Assembly (NCBI RefSeq): GCF_001194135.2
Contig: NC_068999.1
Coordinates: 21,931,435-21,982,755 of the forward strand
DNA from: Octopus bimaculoides
Taxonomy: Eukaryota
Reading direction: 5' to 3'
Length of the DNA: 51,321 bases
The notes under the pieces were generated by a model. The model did not search any database, was not told where the DNA came from, and saw nothing but the letters and a program-made list of their open reading frames with translations. A program made the translations under genes and the position numbers. Positions 22,960-35,334 of the stretch are shown here, one piece after another; the stretch's first letter is position 1, and each line of letters starts with the position of its first letter.

Positions 22960-23265
22960 ATTCCCAGCCACATGGTTCTGGGTTCAGTCCCAATACATGA
23001 TACCTTCGACCGATTATAGGCTTGTGAGTGGATTTGTTAGACAGAAACTGGAAGAAGCTTGTCGTGTGTGTGTATGTATATATATATATATATGTATGTA
23101 TATATGTATATATGTTTGTGCTTGACAACCGGTGCTGGTTTATTTTGTCCCTGTAACAAACAAAACTGACTGATTAAGTACGAGGATGGATTTATTCAAC
23201 TCATTCCTTTAAAGCAGTGGTCCAGTATGGCCGTAGTCCAATGACAAGAGATAAAAGAAAAGATG
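22960..23265 (+). mobile_element. SINE group A1, diverged and deleted
   Basis: cacatggttctgggttcagtccca ... ccagtatggccgtagtccaatgac. Confidence 0.65.
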
Positions 23266-23614
23266 CCTGTTTGAAAAACTATATCAATAAAGTTACTTAG
23301 TGATGCCAGTTGCATAAAAGAAATACATTAAATACTTAAACGGAAGTAGTAGCGCAGTGAAGTTTTAATCAACATTATTCAATGACTTGGTTCAATTTAT
23401 CAAACTTTTTCAGTCGGGTTATACTGCAACAGCCTAAGTGGTGAATAAAGCACTAAATGTACAATACTGTATACAAGTATGCATTAAAAAAAAAATGTTT
23501 AAAAAATAAATATCATTATTTGTATAGCTCCTTGAATAAGTGTCTTAGGCTATAACTCCAGAAAATGGAAACTGAAAGAAGCCTGTTGTGTATGTGTGTG
23601 TGTGTATGTATATA

Positions 23615-23815
23615 TTTACTCTTTTACTTGTTTCAGTCATTTGACTGTGGCCATGCTGGAGCACTGCCTTTAGTCGAGCAATTCGACCCCAGGACTTATT
23701 CTTTGGATGCCTAGTACTTATTCTATCTGTCTCTTTTGCTGAACCGTTAAGTTACGGGGACGTAAACACACCACCATCAGTTGTCAAGCGATGTTGGGGA
23801 GACAAACACAGACAC

Positions 23816-23912
<97 letters not shown>

Positions 23913-24072
23913 TGCAACAGGCTTCTTTCAGTTTCTGTCTACCAAATCCACTCACAAGGCTTTGGTCGGCCCGAGGCTATAGTAGAAGACACTTGCCCAA
24001 AGTGACACGCAGTGGGACTGAACCCAGAACCATGTGGTTGTTAGGCAAGCTACTTACCACACAGCCACTCCT
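23615..24072 (-). mobile_element. SINE group A1, full length, with an expanded internal (TA)n of about 95 bp
   Basis: Near-consensus head and tail; TA tract at about 23818-23912. Confidence 0.9.
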
Positions 24073-24082
24073 TGCAATAACG

Positions 24083-24295
24083 ACAATTATCATTGTAAAT
24101 AATTAATTATACCAACCTGAATAGTGAAACTTCATCAGAGCAGAAAAGTAAAGAAAAAGAGAAAGTAAGGATATACCAATTGATGTTACATGCTATCCCT
24201 CCGAAAACTTTCATCCAACCTTTTCTTTACTTTTCCACTCTGATGAAGTTCCACTATCTAGGTTGGTATAATTAATTATTTACAATGATAATTGT
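24083..24295. mobile_element. 213-bp MITE-like element with about 75-bp terminal inverted repeats
   Basis: acaattatcattgtaaataattaattataccaacct... is mirrored at the right end. Confidence 0.8.
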
Positions 24296-24701
24296 TATTA
24301 TTATTGTAATAATTAAGCCTGATTATTGCCCTAAATAACACGAACAGAAAGAGCTGTCAAATGAGATAATGTCTTTTTTTATAATCAATAAATGATAATT
24401 GATGTTTATCAATTACCTTGCTTGAAAACGAGTGAAAGTTGACAACAAGAAGGGCAACCAGCCATAGAAAAATCTCTCAAACTCTGTCCATCCCATGCAA
24501 ACATGGAGAAGAGGATATTAAGTAATGATATTTCAGCTGATGCAGTGATGCATGCTTCAAGATCTAAGGCTAAAATACGTCCAGAGTTGTCTCCCATATT
24601 AGTTGGAATTATTAAAATAATATTGTACCAATGTCTTTTTCTTCCTGCATTCCTATTTCTACTTAGGTATTATAATGATTATGACAATTTCTATTTTTCA
24701 G

Positions 24702-24794
24702 AAGAAAAATAATTCTGTTATTGTTGTCTCAGACTCAAGTGATTGTGAGATAGTTTCTCCATTACCAGAAATGAAGTGCCAGAATTCTGTCATT
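24702..24794 (+). CDS. Exon 2 of the SIM/C2H2 gene (KKNNSVIVVSDSSDCEIVSPLPEMKCQNSVI)
   Basis: ttctatttttcag acceptor, att|gtaagt donor, 93 nt, phase 0-0, open; SIM-like VIVVSDSSD. Confidence 0.72.
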
Positions 24795-25168
24795 GTAAGT
24801 CTCACATACATTAATTTCTTATTGTCACAAAGTTATAGATTTATGATGTTCAAAATGATGGTAGATAAATTGTATGGTTTCAGAAGGGGACTACTTCGAA
24901 GGAGAATAAACTCTGAATTGATCTGTGTTGTTGTTTTCTTTTTATAGCACAAGCTTTGATACTTTCTGATCTGACTTCGTATAATTTCAAACCATCTTTA
25001 CAGATAGTTTATGATTTGCTCATCTTGCAGCTGGCTACATAAGAATCAAACATAAATCTGGTAAAACCCACTGAGTTCTTATTTTCTGTTCTTCTCCTAC
25101 ACACACACACTCACACATACACATACACATGCACATGCACACACATATATACATACACACACAAACAT

Positions 25169-25178
25169 NNNNNNNNNN
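25169..25178. other. Assembly gap (10 nt)
   Basis: N run. Confidence 1.
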
Positions 25179-25184
25179 ATACAT

Positions 25185-25490
25185 GTGCTGTGCGTGAGAA
25201 GACCCGGCAAGCCAAGTAAGATCGTTGCCAGTGCCCCTGGACTGGCTTGTGCGGGTGGCACATAAAAGACACTATTTCGAGCGTGGCCGTTTTCGTGCGG
25301 GTGACACGTAAAAGCACCCACTACACTCTCTGAGTGGTTGGCGTTAGGAAGGGCATCCGGCTGTAGAAAATCTGCCAAATTAGATTGGAGCCTGGTGTTG
25401 CCATCCGGTTTCACCAGTCCTCAGTCAAATCGTCCAACCCATGCTAGCATGGAAAGCGGACGTTAAACGATGATGATGATGATGATGAGT
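25185..25490 (+). mobile_element. 5'-truncated RTE LINE: ORF end (AVREKTRQAK*) plus 3'UTR and (GAT)n tail
   Basis: gctgtgcgtgagaagacccggcaagccaagtaa aligns with the ORF end of the RTE copy at about 25735 on the minus strand. Confidence 0.75.
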
Positions 25491-25504
25491 TCATTATCAT
25501 CATC

Positions 25505-27555
25505 ATCAATTGGAGTGGTTGGCAGGCAGGTATGGTAGATATGTAAAGGCATGGAGAAAGTGTAGATAGACACATGAGGGAGAGTGGAGGGGCCTGCAGT
25601 GGGTAGTGGGGATGTTAGGAAGATGGGTTGTGGGAGTGTTTTGCCAGAGGAAAGAATTACGTGTGTGTATGTATGAGGGGAAGAGGGTTATGGCTGTAAA
25701 TGACATGCCTCTAAGTATTGGTGGCCATGATTTTACTTAGCTTGATGTCATCTCAAGAAGAGCAAATCTCCAGAATTCTCGGCCCCTTGTCATTTCCTCA
25801 ATGAGGCTCAATATCTGAAGATCATTTCTCATTTCGTTCCATGTCTTCCTGAGTATATCCCTTCCACAAGCTCCTTTCACAATTTGAGATTGTCACTTCT
25901 TTGTGCAGTTTTCTTCATCCATATGCATCGCATGATCATACCAGCACAGTCTTCTCTCTTGCACACTACATCTGATGCCTCTTATACCCAGTCATATATG
26001 CATGCTGACATTGCCCATCCAGCAGAGCATACTAGCTTCATTTCTTTCAAACCTTCACATGTCCTCTGTAGTTACAACCCATGTTTTACTGCCATGTAGT
26101 ATAACTGTAACTACACAGCCATCATACAATCTTCTTTTCATTCTGAGGGAGAGGTCCTTTGTTGCAAACAAAGGTAGTAGCTCTCTGAACTTTGCCCAAC
26201 CCATTCTTATTCTCGCAACTACACTTTCAAATCTTCCTCCTCTACTGCTGACTGGGTCACCTAGATAATGGAAACTATCTACTACTTCTGAGGATCCCCC
26301 TAGACATTTGAGGGAGTCTGTTTTCTGTACATTCTTAGTGTTTATTGTACGTGCACGTCTGCCACACACAAAGACTACTTTTTCTTTAACCTTCCTTTGA
26401 TATCACTGCATTTCTTATTGTCCATAGTTTGCAATATGTGCACCATATGGAGTTTCTACCAACACCATTTTTGCATATCAAGCAGGGCTATCTCCATGAA
26501 GGGATAAGTGATTTGTCTGTTTTCCTACTTACTAGGACTTTGGTCTTTGCTAAATTAACTCTAAGGCTCTTTGATTCCTGTCTTTACTTCTGCACCTGAG
26601 ATTTCTTTTGTTCTGGTAGTGATTCAAAATAGGAACAAGGTCATCAATGTAGATGAGCTCCCAAAGGCAACCAGTCTTGAAATCTTCTAATATAGCCTAG
26701 AGGAATATGATAAGCAAGAGGGTATTGAGAACTGATCCTTGGTGAATGCCTTCCTGTACCCTAAATTCATTACTAGACTCATTGTCAACTTTCACCTTAC
26801 TGAAAGCATCTTAGTACATAGCTTTTACGGCTCTCACCAACCATTTGTCTATCCCTCACTTCAATATTGAGCACCAGATAAGGGAGCAGAGGATGCTGTC
26901 AAAGGCTTTCTCCATGTCAAGTACAGAGTTTTATTTTTGGCTAAATACTTCTGCAGATGCCTTACCAAGGTACTTCCTTGTTTAAAATCAAACTGCACTT
27001 CATCTAGGCTAACTCTCTTCCCAATTAGTTGAGCTCTTTGCAGAATCACTAACTGCAAGTGAACCATCATCCATGCAAATACACTTCCTCAACATCATGA
27101 TTTTCTCTGATACACTGTCATGCAATCCAAGATACCTCAAGTCTCTGGTCCTCACACCACAGAACATCGGTACACTTTCTTTCTTTCTAATTCTCTCCTA
27201 GCTAAATATACCTGTCTCCTAGCTTCCCTTCTTGCTACCTGATATAGTTCCCTGCTACCACCACTTTTCCAATCCAATTTCTTCACACTGATGGCTCTGT
27301 TTACATCCCTCTCCCATCAGGGCCCTCATTAAATTGTCCTGTAGGAACCTCCAGTTGTCCTCTGTGTTATATGTTACTATCTCCTTCTACTCATAAAATG
27401 CTTCTGTTAGAACATCTCTAAATCTCTGACTATTCAGAAGATCCTCATGCTTCCATATCTTTCTTTTCCAGGCTGGTTTGCTTTTTGGCATCCTTCTAGC
27501 TCAAATTCTGATGTTACTAACAATTAACTTATGTTGAGGTGTGTACTCTTTACCC
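25505..27555 (-). mobile_element. Degenerate RTE-clade LINE (end of endonuclease plus RT)
   Basis: KSFLGKEYTPQHKLIV, LDEVQFDFKQGST, WELIYIDDL (YADD box), VDSFHYLGD...RIRMGWAKFRELLPL; stops and frameshifts. Confidence 0.85.
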
Positions 27556-27569
27556 AGGAAGGACTTTGC

Positions 27570-27850
27570 ATTTATAAGCCCGCCTGACTGGCTCCCGTAC
27601 GCGTGGCATATAAGAAGCACCATCCAAATGTGGTCAATGCCAGTGCCCTCTGACTGGCTCTTGTACTGGTGGCACATAAAAAGCACCCACTACACTCTCA
27701 GAGTGGTTGGTGTTAGGAAGGGCATCCAACTGTAGAAACATTGTCAGATCAGATTGGAGCCTGGTGCAGCCGCTGGCTTTCCAGACTTCAGTTAAACTGT
27801 CTAATCCATGCCAGCATAGAAAACAGACGTTAAACAATGATGATGATGAT
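27570..27850 (+). mobile_element. RTE 3'UTR/tail fragment
   Basis: 62-bp-type units, then gcacccactacactctc...cagacgttaaacaatgatgatg. Confidence 0.75.
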
Positions 27851-28374
27851 GAAGCCACTATTTTTCCTGTTTTCTGGTGATAGTGTAGTCAGTTTGGCTT
27901 GTGTGGCCACCAGATTGATAAATGAACTGGTGACTGGCTGGTTTCCTGAAGTTAGTATAGCAGATTCTAAAGTCATTTGCATCACAAACTCCAACAGCCT
28001 AGTTCACTCCTCATTGTGAGAACTAACTCCATAGCCTCCATGCACCCCATGGAAACCACCTGGATGCTGCTCAACATGTTCATTGAAGTCACCAGCCACA
28101 AACAGAAGGTCATTGTTGTTTGTGTACAGAGTAGTCTGCAAAAGGAATAAAATTGATCTTTCTGTTCATCTGGCAACCCCAGTTGAGGAGAATAAGCAGA
28201 AATAATAGTTCACAGAATAACAAATATGAAGTGAATTGTCTTCTGAAACTATAGTCATATAATGATTCCTTAATTGGTCATAGTTGGTGAGATCCCCTTC
28301 AGTTTATTAAGGATTCTTTATTGAGCTCTGAGAACATTCTCCTCTTCCTCCTCCTGAGTTTTTCCATACTTGTA

Positions 28375-28690
28375 GGCACATGCATGGCCCTGTGGTAAGA
28401 TGTTTTCCAGCCATATGGTGCCAGGTTCAATCCCACTGTGTTATACCTTGGTCTAATGTTTTCTACAATGTTCTGGACCAACCAAAGCCTTGTGAGTGAA
28501 TTTGGTCAACAGAAACTGAAAGAGACTTGTGTGTGTGTGTGTGTGTACGCCTCTGTCTCCTTGCATTGATATCCTGTGATAGTTGTCAATGAATGTCTCT
28601 GTCATGCCAGTGGTGTCCTCCATTCCCAATTTTCTGTGAAAATGTGTCTAATTATAAGGAAAATTTACCTTACTTGAAAACAGGTAAGGG
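28375..28690 (+). mobile_element. SINE group A head plus alternative body, diverged
   Basis: aggcacatgcatggccctgtggtaag... (GT)n ... ttaccttacttgaaaacaggtaagggtt, parallel to 336-775. Confidence 0.65.
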
Positions 28691-28694
28691 TTAG

Positions 28695-29200
28695 TTTTAA
28701 TATTGTGCTTTTCCACCCATTTGTGATCCTTCATTATTTACTCTGTAGAGCCCAAGATCCTAAGTTTTGCCATTACCACTTCTGTCCATGTCTTCTCAAT
28801 TTTGCTTCCCCAGACTCTTTCTACTTGCATTGTTTGATCCTTCTTCACATAACTATAACTATCCTTCCTCATGTATATCACATACCCATTATTATTGGAT
28901 TCTTTTTTCTTATACACTGTTATCTCAGATGCCCACATTTTTGTCTCATGCTGATGTTGCACATCTAGTGAGCATGCTCATCTCATTCTTTCCAACCTTC
29001 GCTTATACTCTACATTCAGTGCCCACATCCCACTTCCATGAAATATTACATTTTGATCTCGAGCATCATACAGTCTCTTCTTCATTCATAGAGAGATTTC
29101 AGATGCAAACCTTGAAAAGCTGATATTTCTTTACAAACTCAGATTTACCTAACATTAGTATACTCTTCGCATATTTAAGATGTTGCATCCTTCAATCTCT
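28695..29200 (-). mobile_element. Old RTE LINE 3' ORF fragment
   Basis: GYVIYMRKDSYSYVKKDQTMQVERVWGSKIEKTWTEVV resembles the RTE WYGHV.RM...GRGRPRKTW.EVV motif. Confidence 0.6.
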
Positions 29201-29239
29201 GTCTCTCACATACTGTCATACTTAATTAATCCAGACACC

Positions 29240-29572
29240 AACGTCGCTTCCCTAGCACTTGTGCCAGTGGCACGTGGAAAGACATTCGAGCGAGATCGTT
29301 GCTAGTGCCGATGGACTGGCTCCTGTGCAGGTGGCACGTAAAATACACCATTTTGAGCGTGGCCGTCGCCAGTACCGCCTGACTGGCCCTCGTGCTGGTG
29401 GCACATGAAAGCACCCACTACACTCTCGGAGTGGTTGGCGTTAGGAAGAGCATCCAGCTGTAGAAACTCTGCCAAATCAGATTGGAGCCTGGTGTAGCCA
29501 TCCGGTTCACCAGTCCTCAGTCAAATCGTCCAACCCATGCTAGCATAGAAGGCGGACGTTAAACAATGATGA
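29240..29572 (+). mobile_element. RTE 3'UTR/tail, young
   Basis: About three 62-bp-type units plus a near-consensus tail. Confidence 0.8.
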
Positions 29573-30803
29573 CTAGCCTACTTTCATGTTGTGTCTTCTT
29601 TTTTCTATTTTATTGACTGCTGTTTTAACTCTGTGCCTCCTCACATTAAGTTACTCATCATACTTCTATCATCTCACTTCATTGCCCTGACTATATCAGA
29701 TTTTTTTCTAAGAACAACCTTCCACTGGAACTCTCTTCCAGTTTCTTCTCCATCAGAATTCCCTGGTCTCCTAACATATTCTGCTAAATATTTTAGGATA
29801 TGCAGATATTTGAAAATACCTCACAGAATGACATCTGTGCCCTGCATAGTTACAGGTTGCTCTTTAACAAGGTATAGCGCCCCTTCGGCCACCCTGCCAT
29901 AGATACAACAAAGTCATGGGACGTATTGCGAAGAGGTAGCAGACTAGCTCAGCTGAGCCAATGATGCTTCTTACGTTGATGCTGAACAGAGAAATGCTAG
30001 ATCAATGGTCAGGATCACCAAGCTCTAACAAGAAAGTAATGGCAACACATCCATAAGGGTACCATCCATGGTTGTGTAATCAGCTAATGAAAGATTTGCT
30101 ATAACTCAAGCTCTCAATTCAAATTCATAATAATGGAATTGGATGGTGACAGAGTCATGGAAAGCAGTGTAAAAAAATAGTTTTAGGACATAATCAAATA
30201 GTGTAACTTGTGCTTTCTCTAATAAACATATTTTTCTTGTTTTTTATTTTCTGAAGAAAGTAAATGCCAATGTCATTTTTCTCAGTTGTGATTAGAAGCT
30301 GCATCCATGATGCAATAAATAAAATATGAGGATAAAGGTAGCTGGTTGAGTCAGCTAGTGCTGGCTGATTTGTTAAAGTGCAGATGGTCCTTAATCCCAG
30401 TTGTGAGTGTTGCTATGTAACTCAAGTAAAAAAAAATTTTTTAATAATATTTTATTCTTGATAACAGTTAAAAATTTGTACTATGATGAGGTAAATGTCA
30501 CTGTTGGTAGCAATTTGCAGAGTAAACTGAACCAAAACTCCTGATTCATTTCTAAAAGATATTTCAATTTCTTTGCCTTGCCTTTGGAAAGATAATTAAA
30601 TCTTAGTTTTTCTTAAGCTTTCTCTTCCCCAAATCACTCATTGATGGATACTTTTGATATGGAGGGTTAAGCAATTAACTCTTCTTCATCTTATTAGTGA
30701 TTAGGATAAATAAAAAAAACACTTTATAACTGGAATTGCAGATCTGTCTAATGCATATTGGTATAAAAAAATAAAACTTTTCTGTATTTTTCTTTTAAAT
30801 GAT

Positions 30804-30809
30804 TTTATT
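30804..30809 (-). terminator. Candidate AATAAA polyadenylation signal of the VWC gene
   Basis: AATAAA on the minus strand about 50 nt after the stop codon. The sequence is AT-rich, so a chance match is possible. Confidence 0.3.
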
Positions 30810-30857
30810 CATCTGTATTAGATTAACTGAGTCAGCACTCAATTGAATACATGACAT

Positions 30858-31018
30858 TCAAATGTCATCTAAAGCAGCAACTTCAGCTTTTTCTGAACAA
30901 TGTGCTGTAGGTTCTTCTAAGTTGTCTTCTGAGAATTTGCATTTACACTGGAGGCCAGATTCAGTGATTACTTCTCCAGCTTTTAAAATAACATTGTTAG
31001 GTGTGTAACAGTTCTCAC
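30858..31018 (-). CDS. Terminal exon of the secreted VWC-domain protein (G-ENCYTPNNVILKAGEVITESGLQCKCKFSEDNLEEPTAHCSEKAEVAALDDI*)
   Basis: gtgtttttatttcag acceptor, phase 1, completing Gly with the 41016 exon; TGA at 30860-58. CCPICPNG-ENC...I.AG...C.C...A.C parallels the C-terminus of vertebrate VWC2 as I recall it. Confidence 0.82.
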
Positions 31019-31704
31019 CTGAAATAAAAACACAAAAAATGAGTTTATTTCTATGACACTCATAAAGATTGGTTGGTTTTATGTTTTTTGAACATAACCA
31101 GATAGTGCAACTCATACCAACACATGCAAACAACCACCATTGATTAAGAACGTGGATGTATTTATATTATGTATTATTATTCCTTAAGACCTTCAAAGTT
31201 ACTACAAATGTTAGTTTCCACAATTTCTGCCTTTTCTTTGTGACCCTACATACATAACAAAGCTGAATTGTACCCCAAACACTAGTTTCTGTTAGTGCTT
31301 CTTTTATTTCTTTATTTGTCAAAATCACCCAAGCAAGACCCATAGGCAACTTGTATGCAATGTTAAGAGAAAAGACAGAAATAGGATTAATGCCACAATA
31401 CCTCTTTATATATGAGCATATTTAAGATAGCAAATAGAGGATGGCAATAAAGTAATTGACAAAAGATTTAAATGAAATACAATGAGATGGTAATAAAAGA
31501 ACTGATAAAAGCATTAACAGCAACAGAATCTGGTAAATTAGATGACAACAAAGTAAAATAGAATAAAATAAGAGGGTGATAAAAGAAATAATGGAAATCA
31601 TCATCATTGTTTAACGTCTGCCTTCCATGCTGGTGTGAGTTGGACAGTTTTACAAGAGCCAGCCATGCAGGGGCCTGCACCAGATTTCTGTGTCTGTTTT
31701 GGCA

Positions 31705-31922
31705 TATTGATTTCAAATTTTGGCACTAGGCCAGCAATTTCGGGGAAGGGGTAAGTCAGTTACATCAACCCCAGTGTTCAACTAGTACTTATTTTATTGA
31801 CCTCAAAAGGATGAAAGGCAAAGTCGACCTTGGTGGAATTTGAACTCAGAATGTAAAGACAGACAAGATGCTGCTAAGCATTTTGCCTTGCATGCTAACA
31901 GTTCTGCCAGCTCACTGCCTGA
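31705..31922 (-). mobile_element. SINE group B
   Basis: Matches the other B copies end to end. Confidence 0.85.
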
Positions 31923-31990
31923 AGTAATGGAAATATTAAAATGATAGAAACTACTAACATTTGGCAAGATACCTGTTATCTTGAATTTAA

Positions 31991-32210
31991 CCCTTCAATA
32001 TTTAGATTACTCTGTTAAATGTAATACCTTTTCACTCAAATCGTTTTGAATTAATCATGCATTATCTCATTGCTTTGAAATCTCAGTGATGTGATTATTT
32101 ATTTTTAGAATGTCAATGTGAGTTTGGTGTGAGAGGCTAGATGTGGCTAGTTCAAATATAAAACATGTAGAATATTTGGGCCGGATATGGCCAGTTTAAA
32201 CACTAAAGGG
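31991..32210 (-). mobile_element. 220-bp piggyBac-like MITE with intact TTAA-CCCTT...AAGGG-TTAA ends
   Basis: TTAA at 31987-90 and 32211-14. Confidence 0.85.
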
Positions 32211-32229
32211 TTAAAGATATGAAGGTCAT

Positions 32230-33200
32230 ACTACAGGAAAAATAATGGTAAAAAGAGTTTATTTCATAACTCAGCTGTTCTGGGAGATGAAGTCTTGTGC
32301 ATAGAACTAGAAATGTATCTGAGATACCAGGAAGCACAGATGTGATTTGCTAAATATGGCATCCCAGTCTGGTACAATTAGAGATTGATACTCATCTGAG
32401 CATCTTCCATAGAAGTAACAGTAGACAAAGGTCAGACTTCTAGCAGCATTCCATTGATGATAGAGTAGTTGGAGTGATAAATACTAGACTATATTCACTT
32501 CTGCACTGTCAAGAGTGAATAGTATCTGTTTGGAGAAAGTCACTCAAAGGTATGAGCAAGGCTTCATTTGGAGATTGATCTGGTTCTTGTAGAGACGCAA
32601 CAGAGATTGAGGTGTTAAGAACTATTTTGAATAGTAGAAAGAGCCCACCATTCTAGTGGCAATAATTGTGATTTAGGAATCCCATCCTGAATTAGATTTA
32701 AATTTGAGACTTAAGTGTCTCTTCAAGCAAAGAGATTCCTTCAAAATACTCATGTCCATCAAAATAAGATCAGGGGTTTCATGATGGTGATAGATATTAG
32801 GTTGTTCTTAAATGTAGCAAACCATGGCAATATTCCAGTTAAGTCACTGAAAAGATCTAAGTCTAAGTGCATGATGTTCTAAGTAGTGCACAGTGGGGTA
32901 TCATCAGCAAATGTGTCAATAAAGGATCTTATCAGGTAAATTATTAACACTTTGAAGAACATAGGTTTCAGGACAGATCATTAGGCCATGTCTGCATTGA
33001 TTTCATCAATGTTATAGGACTGATCATTAATGCAACTTTCAGGCATTATTCTTGGTAGGAATGGTGTGGTAGTAGAAAAGACTTCACTAGATATGCTACA
33101 GTTGATTAGTTTATAAAGCAGTCCTCTATATGATACTTTACCAAATGCATTGGAGATGTCTGAGTGAATAACAGGGGCATCAATGAAACATCCAAAGTAC
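32230..33200 (-). pseudogene. Degenerate CR1/L2-like LINE reverse transcriptase
   Basis: GSVLKPMFF, DTFADDTPL, PQSLLRLYKNQI and VYCYFYGRCSDE motifs in the correct order. Confidence 0.7.
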
Positions 33201-33227
33201 TAAATAGGAAATATATGTAGTAGGTAC

Positions 33228-33680
33228 TCATACCCACAGTTTATATTTATATACAGGTAGAATAGTTAGTGGGCTGTTATGTAGATGTATGTATATGCAC
33301 ATGTATGTAGGCAAATGGATATGAATGTAAACAGATAGACATACAGACGGATAGATGCATAGATAATATGAACAGATAAGCACACACACATACACATGTG
33401 ACGATTGAAACACATGACCATAAACACACATACTTCCCTTCACACAAGGACATGTGGAGACACACATCCATACATACAAGGACAGTACATAGTCACAAAA
33501 ACCCATACACAGACACACTCAGACATGCACACATAAGGAGACAGGTACACACACATAAAAACATGAACACACAAACGCCTAAATATGGAGAATACATATA
33601 TACATACATACACACATACGTGCATACACATGCACACTAACCCATACACATGCACACAAACAAACAAAAAACATAGCTCA
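33228..33680. repeat. Degenerate CA/TA-rich microsatellite field
   Basis: Direct inspection. Confidence 0.75.
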
Positions 33681-34589
33681 GATAATGGACTGTCAACAAA
33701 TATTGAAAAGGTTGCAAGAAGCAACTAAAATTTTAGGTAAAATAAATGAGTGGAAACTTTACCAGTGAGAGTGTTAAATAATAAGGTACTAAAAAAGAAT
33801 GACTGTCCCCAGACACAACAAAATATGCTTCAATACACAAACTCACATAAAGAATCTTGCAAACCAAATCCCAAAACGAAGTATTGTATTAACTATTCTC
33901 CATAAAAGAAATTACTACAGCTCTGAGTAGTTTCTGAGATTTTGCAATACTGCCCCCATCTGGAATAGCGTTGTTGCTATACACCTACAAACACAAACAT
34001 CTTTGCCTGCCTCCAAAAAAAGGGCTCAGAAAGACTCACTCACCAACCCACTATGACTTCTGTGTCATTGATGTACCTGTCTTCTTTCTCTGCATATTGT
34101 GTTGCTACTACAACAGCCTCTGTTTCTCTGACTTAGCTAGTTGCCTAACACTGTTATCTAGACCCTACTCATCTTACTTTTTTCATTATCCTTATTGTGA
34201 CTCACCAACCAGTCTCTGCAGAAGTCTACTGAGAGATGTTGAAAGTGAACATAAAGCACATCAATGCCACTTCTCTCAGATAGCCAGTGAAAGTTATGGG
34301 CCCTGCTCCTCAGATGTTACAAAACAACTTGTAAACAATGTTCTTAGATCAATAAATTTGAAGCATTTGACAAAATGGAAACAATATCATTCAGTGCATA
34401 AAATAATGAAATTAAGAACTAGAGATAACATTTAGTTTGACATTCTATGATTTCTGCCGCCCACACCTCTTTTACAACCTCATGGTGACATCCCTGCTTC
34501 AAGATGAGGTAAAGAGAATTAATAACAATGTTGGAATCTATGCACTAAGATTAAAGTCTTTGTCATCATCATTAAACATCTTTCATCAT

Positions 34590-35292
34590 CATCATCATCG
34601 TTTAACATCCGCTTTCCATGCTAGCATGGGTTGGACGATTTGACTGAGGACTGGTGAACCAGATGGCTACACCAGGCTCCAATCTGATTTGGCAGAGTTT
34701 CTACAGCTGGATGCTCTTCCTAACGCCAACCACTCCGAGAGTGTAGTGGGTGTTTTTACGTGCCACCAGCACGAAGGCCAGTCAAGAAGTACTGGCAACA
34801 GCCACGCTCGAAATGGTGTATTTTACATGCCACCTGCACAGGAGCCAGTCCAGCGGCACTGGCAACGATCTCGCTCGAATGTCTTTTCACGTGCTACTGG
34901 CATAAGTACCAGGGAGGTGACGTTGGTAATGATCATGCTCAAATGGTGCTATTTACATGCCCCCGGCACGAAAGCCAGACAGCTGGAGCTCTGGCAACGA
35001 TCACGCTCGGACGGTGCTCTTAGTGATCTACTGGTACAGGTGCCATCATGATTTCGCTTTCGCTTGCCCCAACAGGTCTTCGCAAGCCGAGTTTAGTGTT
35101 GAATGAAGAGATGTTGGCATGGGTGCCAGTCTACAAATTTAGTTAGATTTTGATTTCGATTTCACTTGCCTCAACAGGTCTTCGCAAGAGGAGTTTAGTG
35201 TCCAAAGAAGGAATGTTACGCGTAAGTGGGCTGGCTACATCCCAGGCAGAGGCCTTGGATTTTGGTCTTACTTGGCTTGCCTGGTCTTCTCT
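34590..35292 (-). mobile_element. 5'-truncated RTE: EKTRQAK* plus about 700-bp 3'UTR with 62-bp units and an internal 50-bp duplication
   Basis: Duplication gatttcg...aacaggtcttcgcaag...gagtttagtgt at about 35050 and 35152; (ATC)n tail at about 34590. Confidence 0.8.
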
Positions 35293-35334
35293 TTCAGTGT
35301 TGAATATTTGATTCCATTGGATTTAAGTGTTCTG

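Noticed and set aside
31019-31133. N-terminal part of ORF 30858-31133
   Set aside because: It lies upstream of the acceptor at 31019-20; this is intronic read-through.
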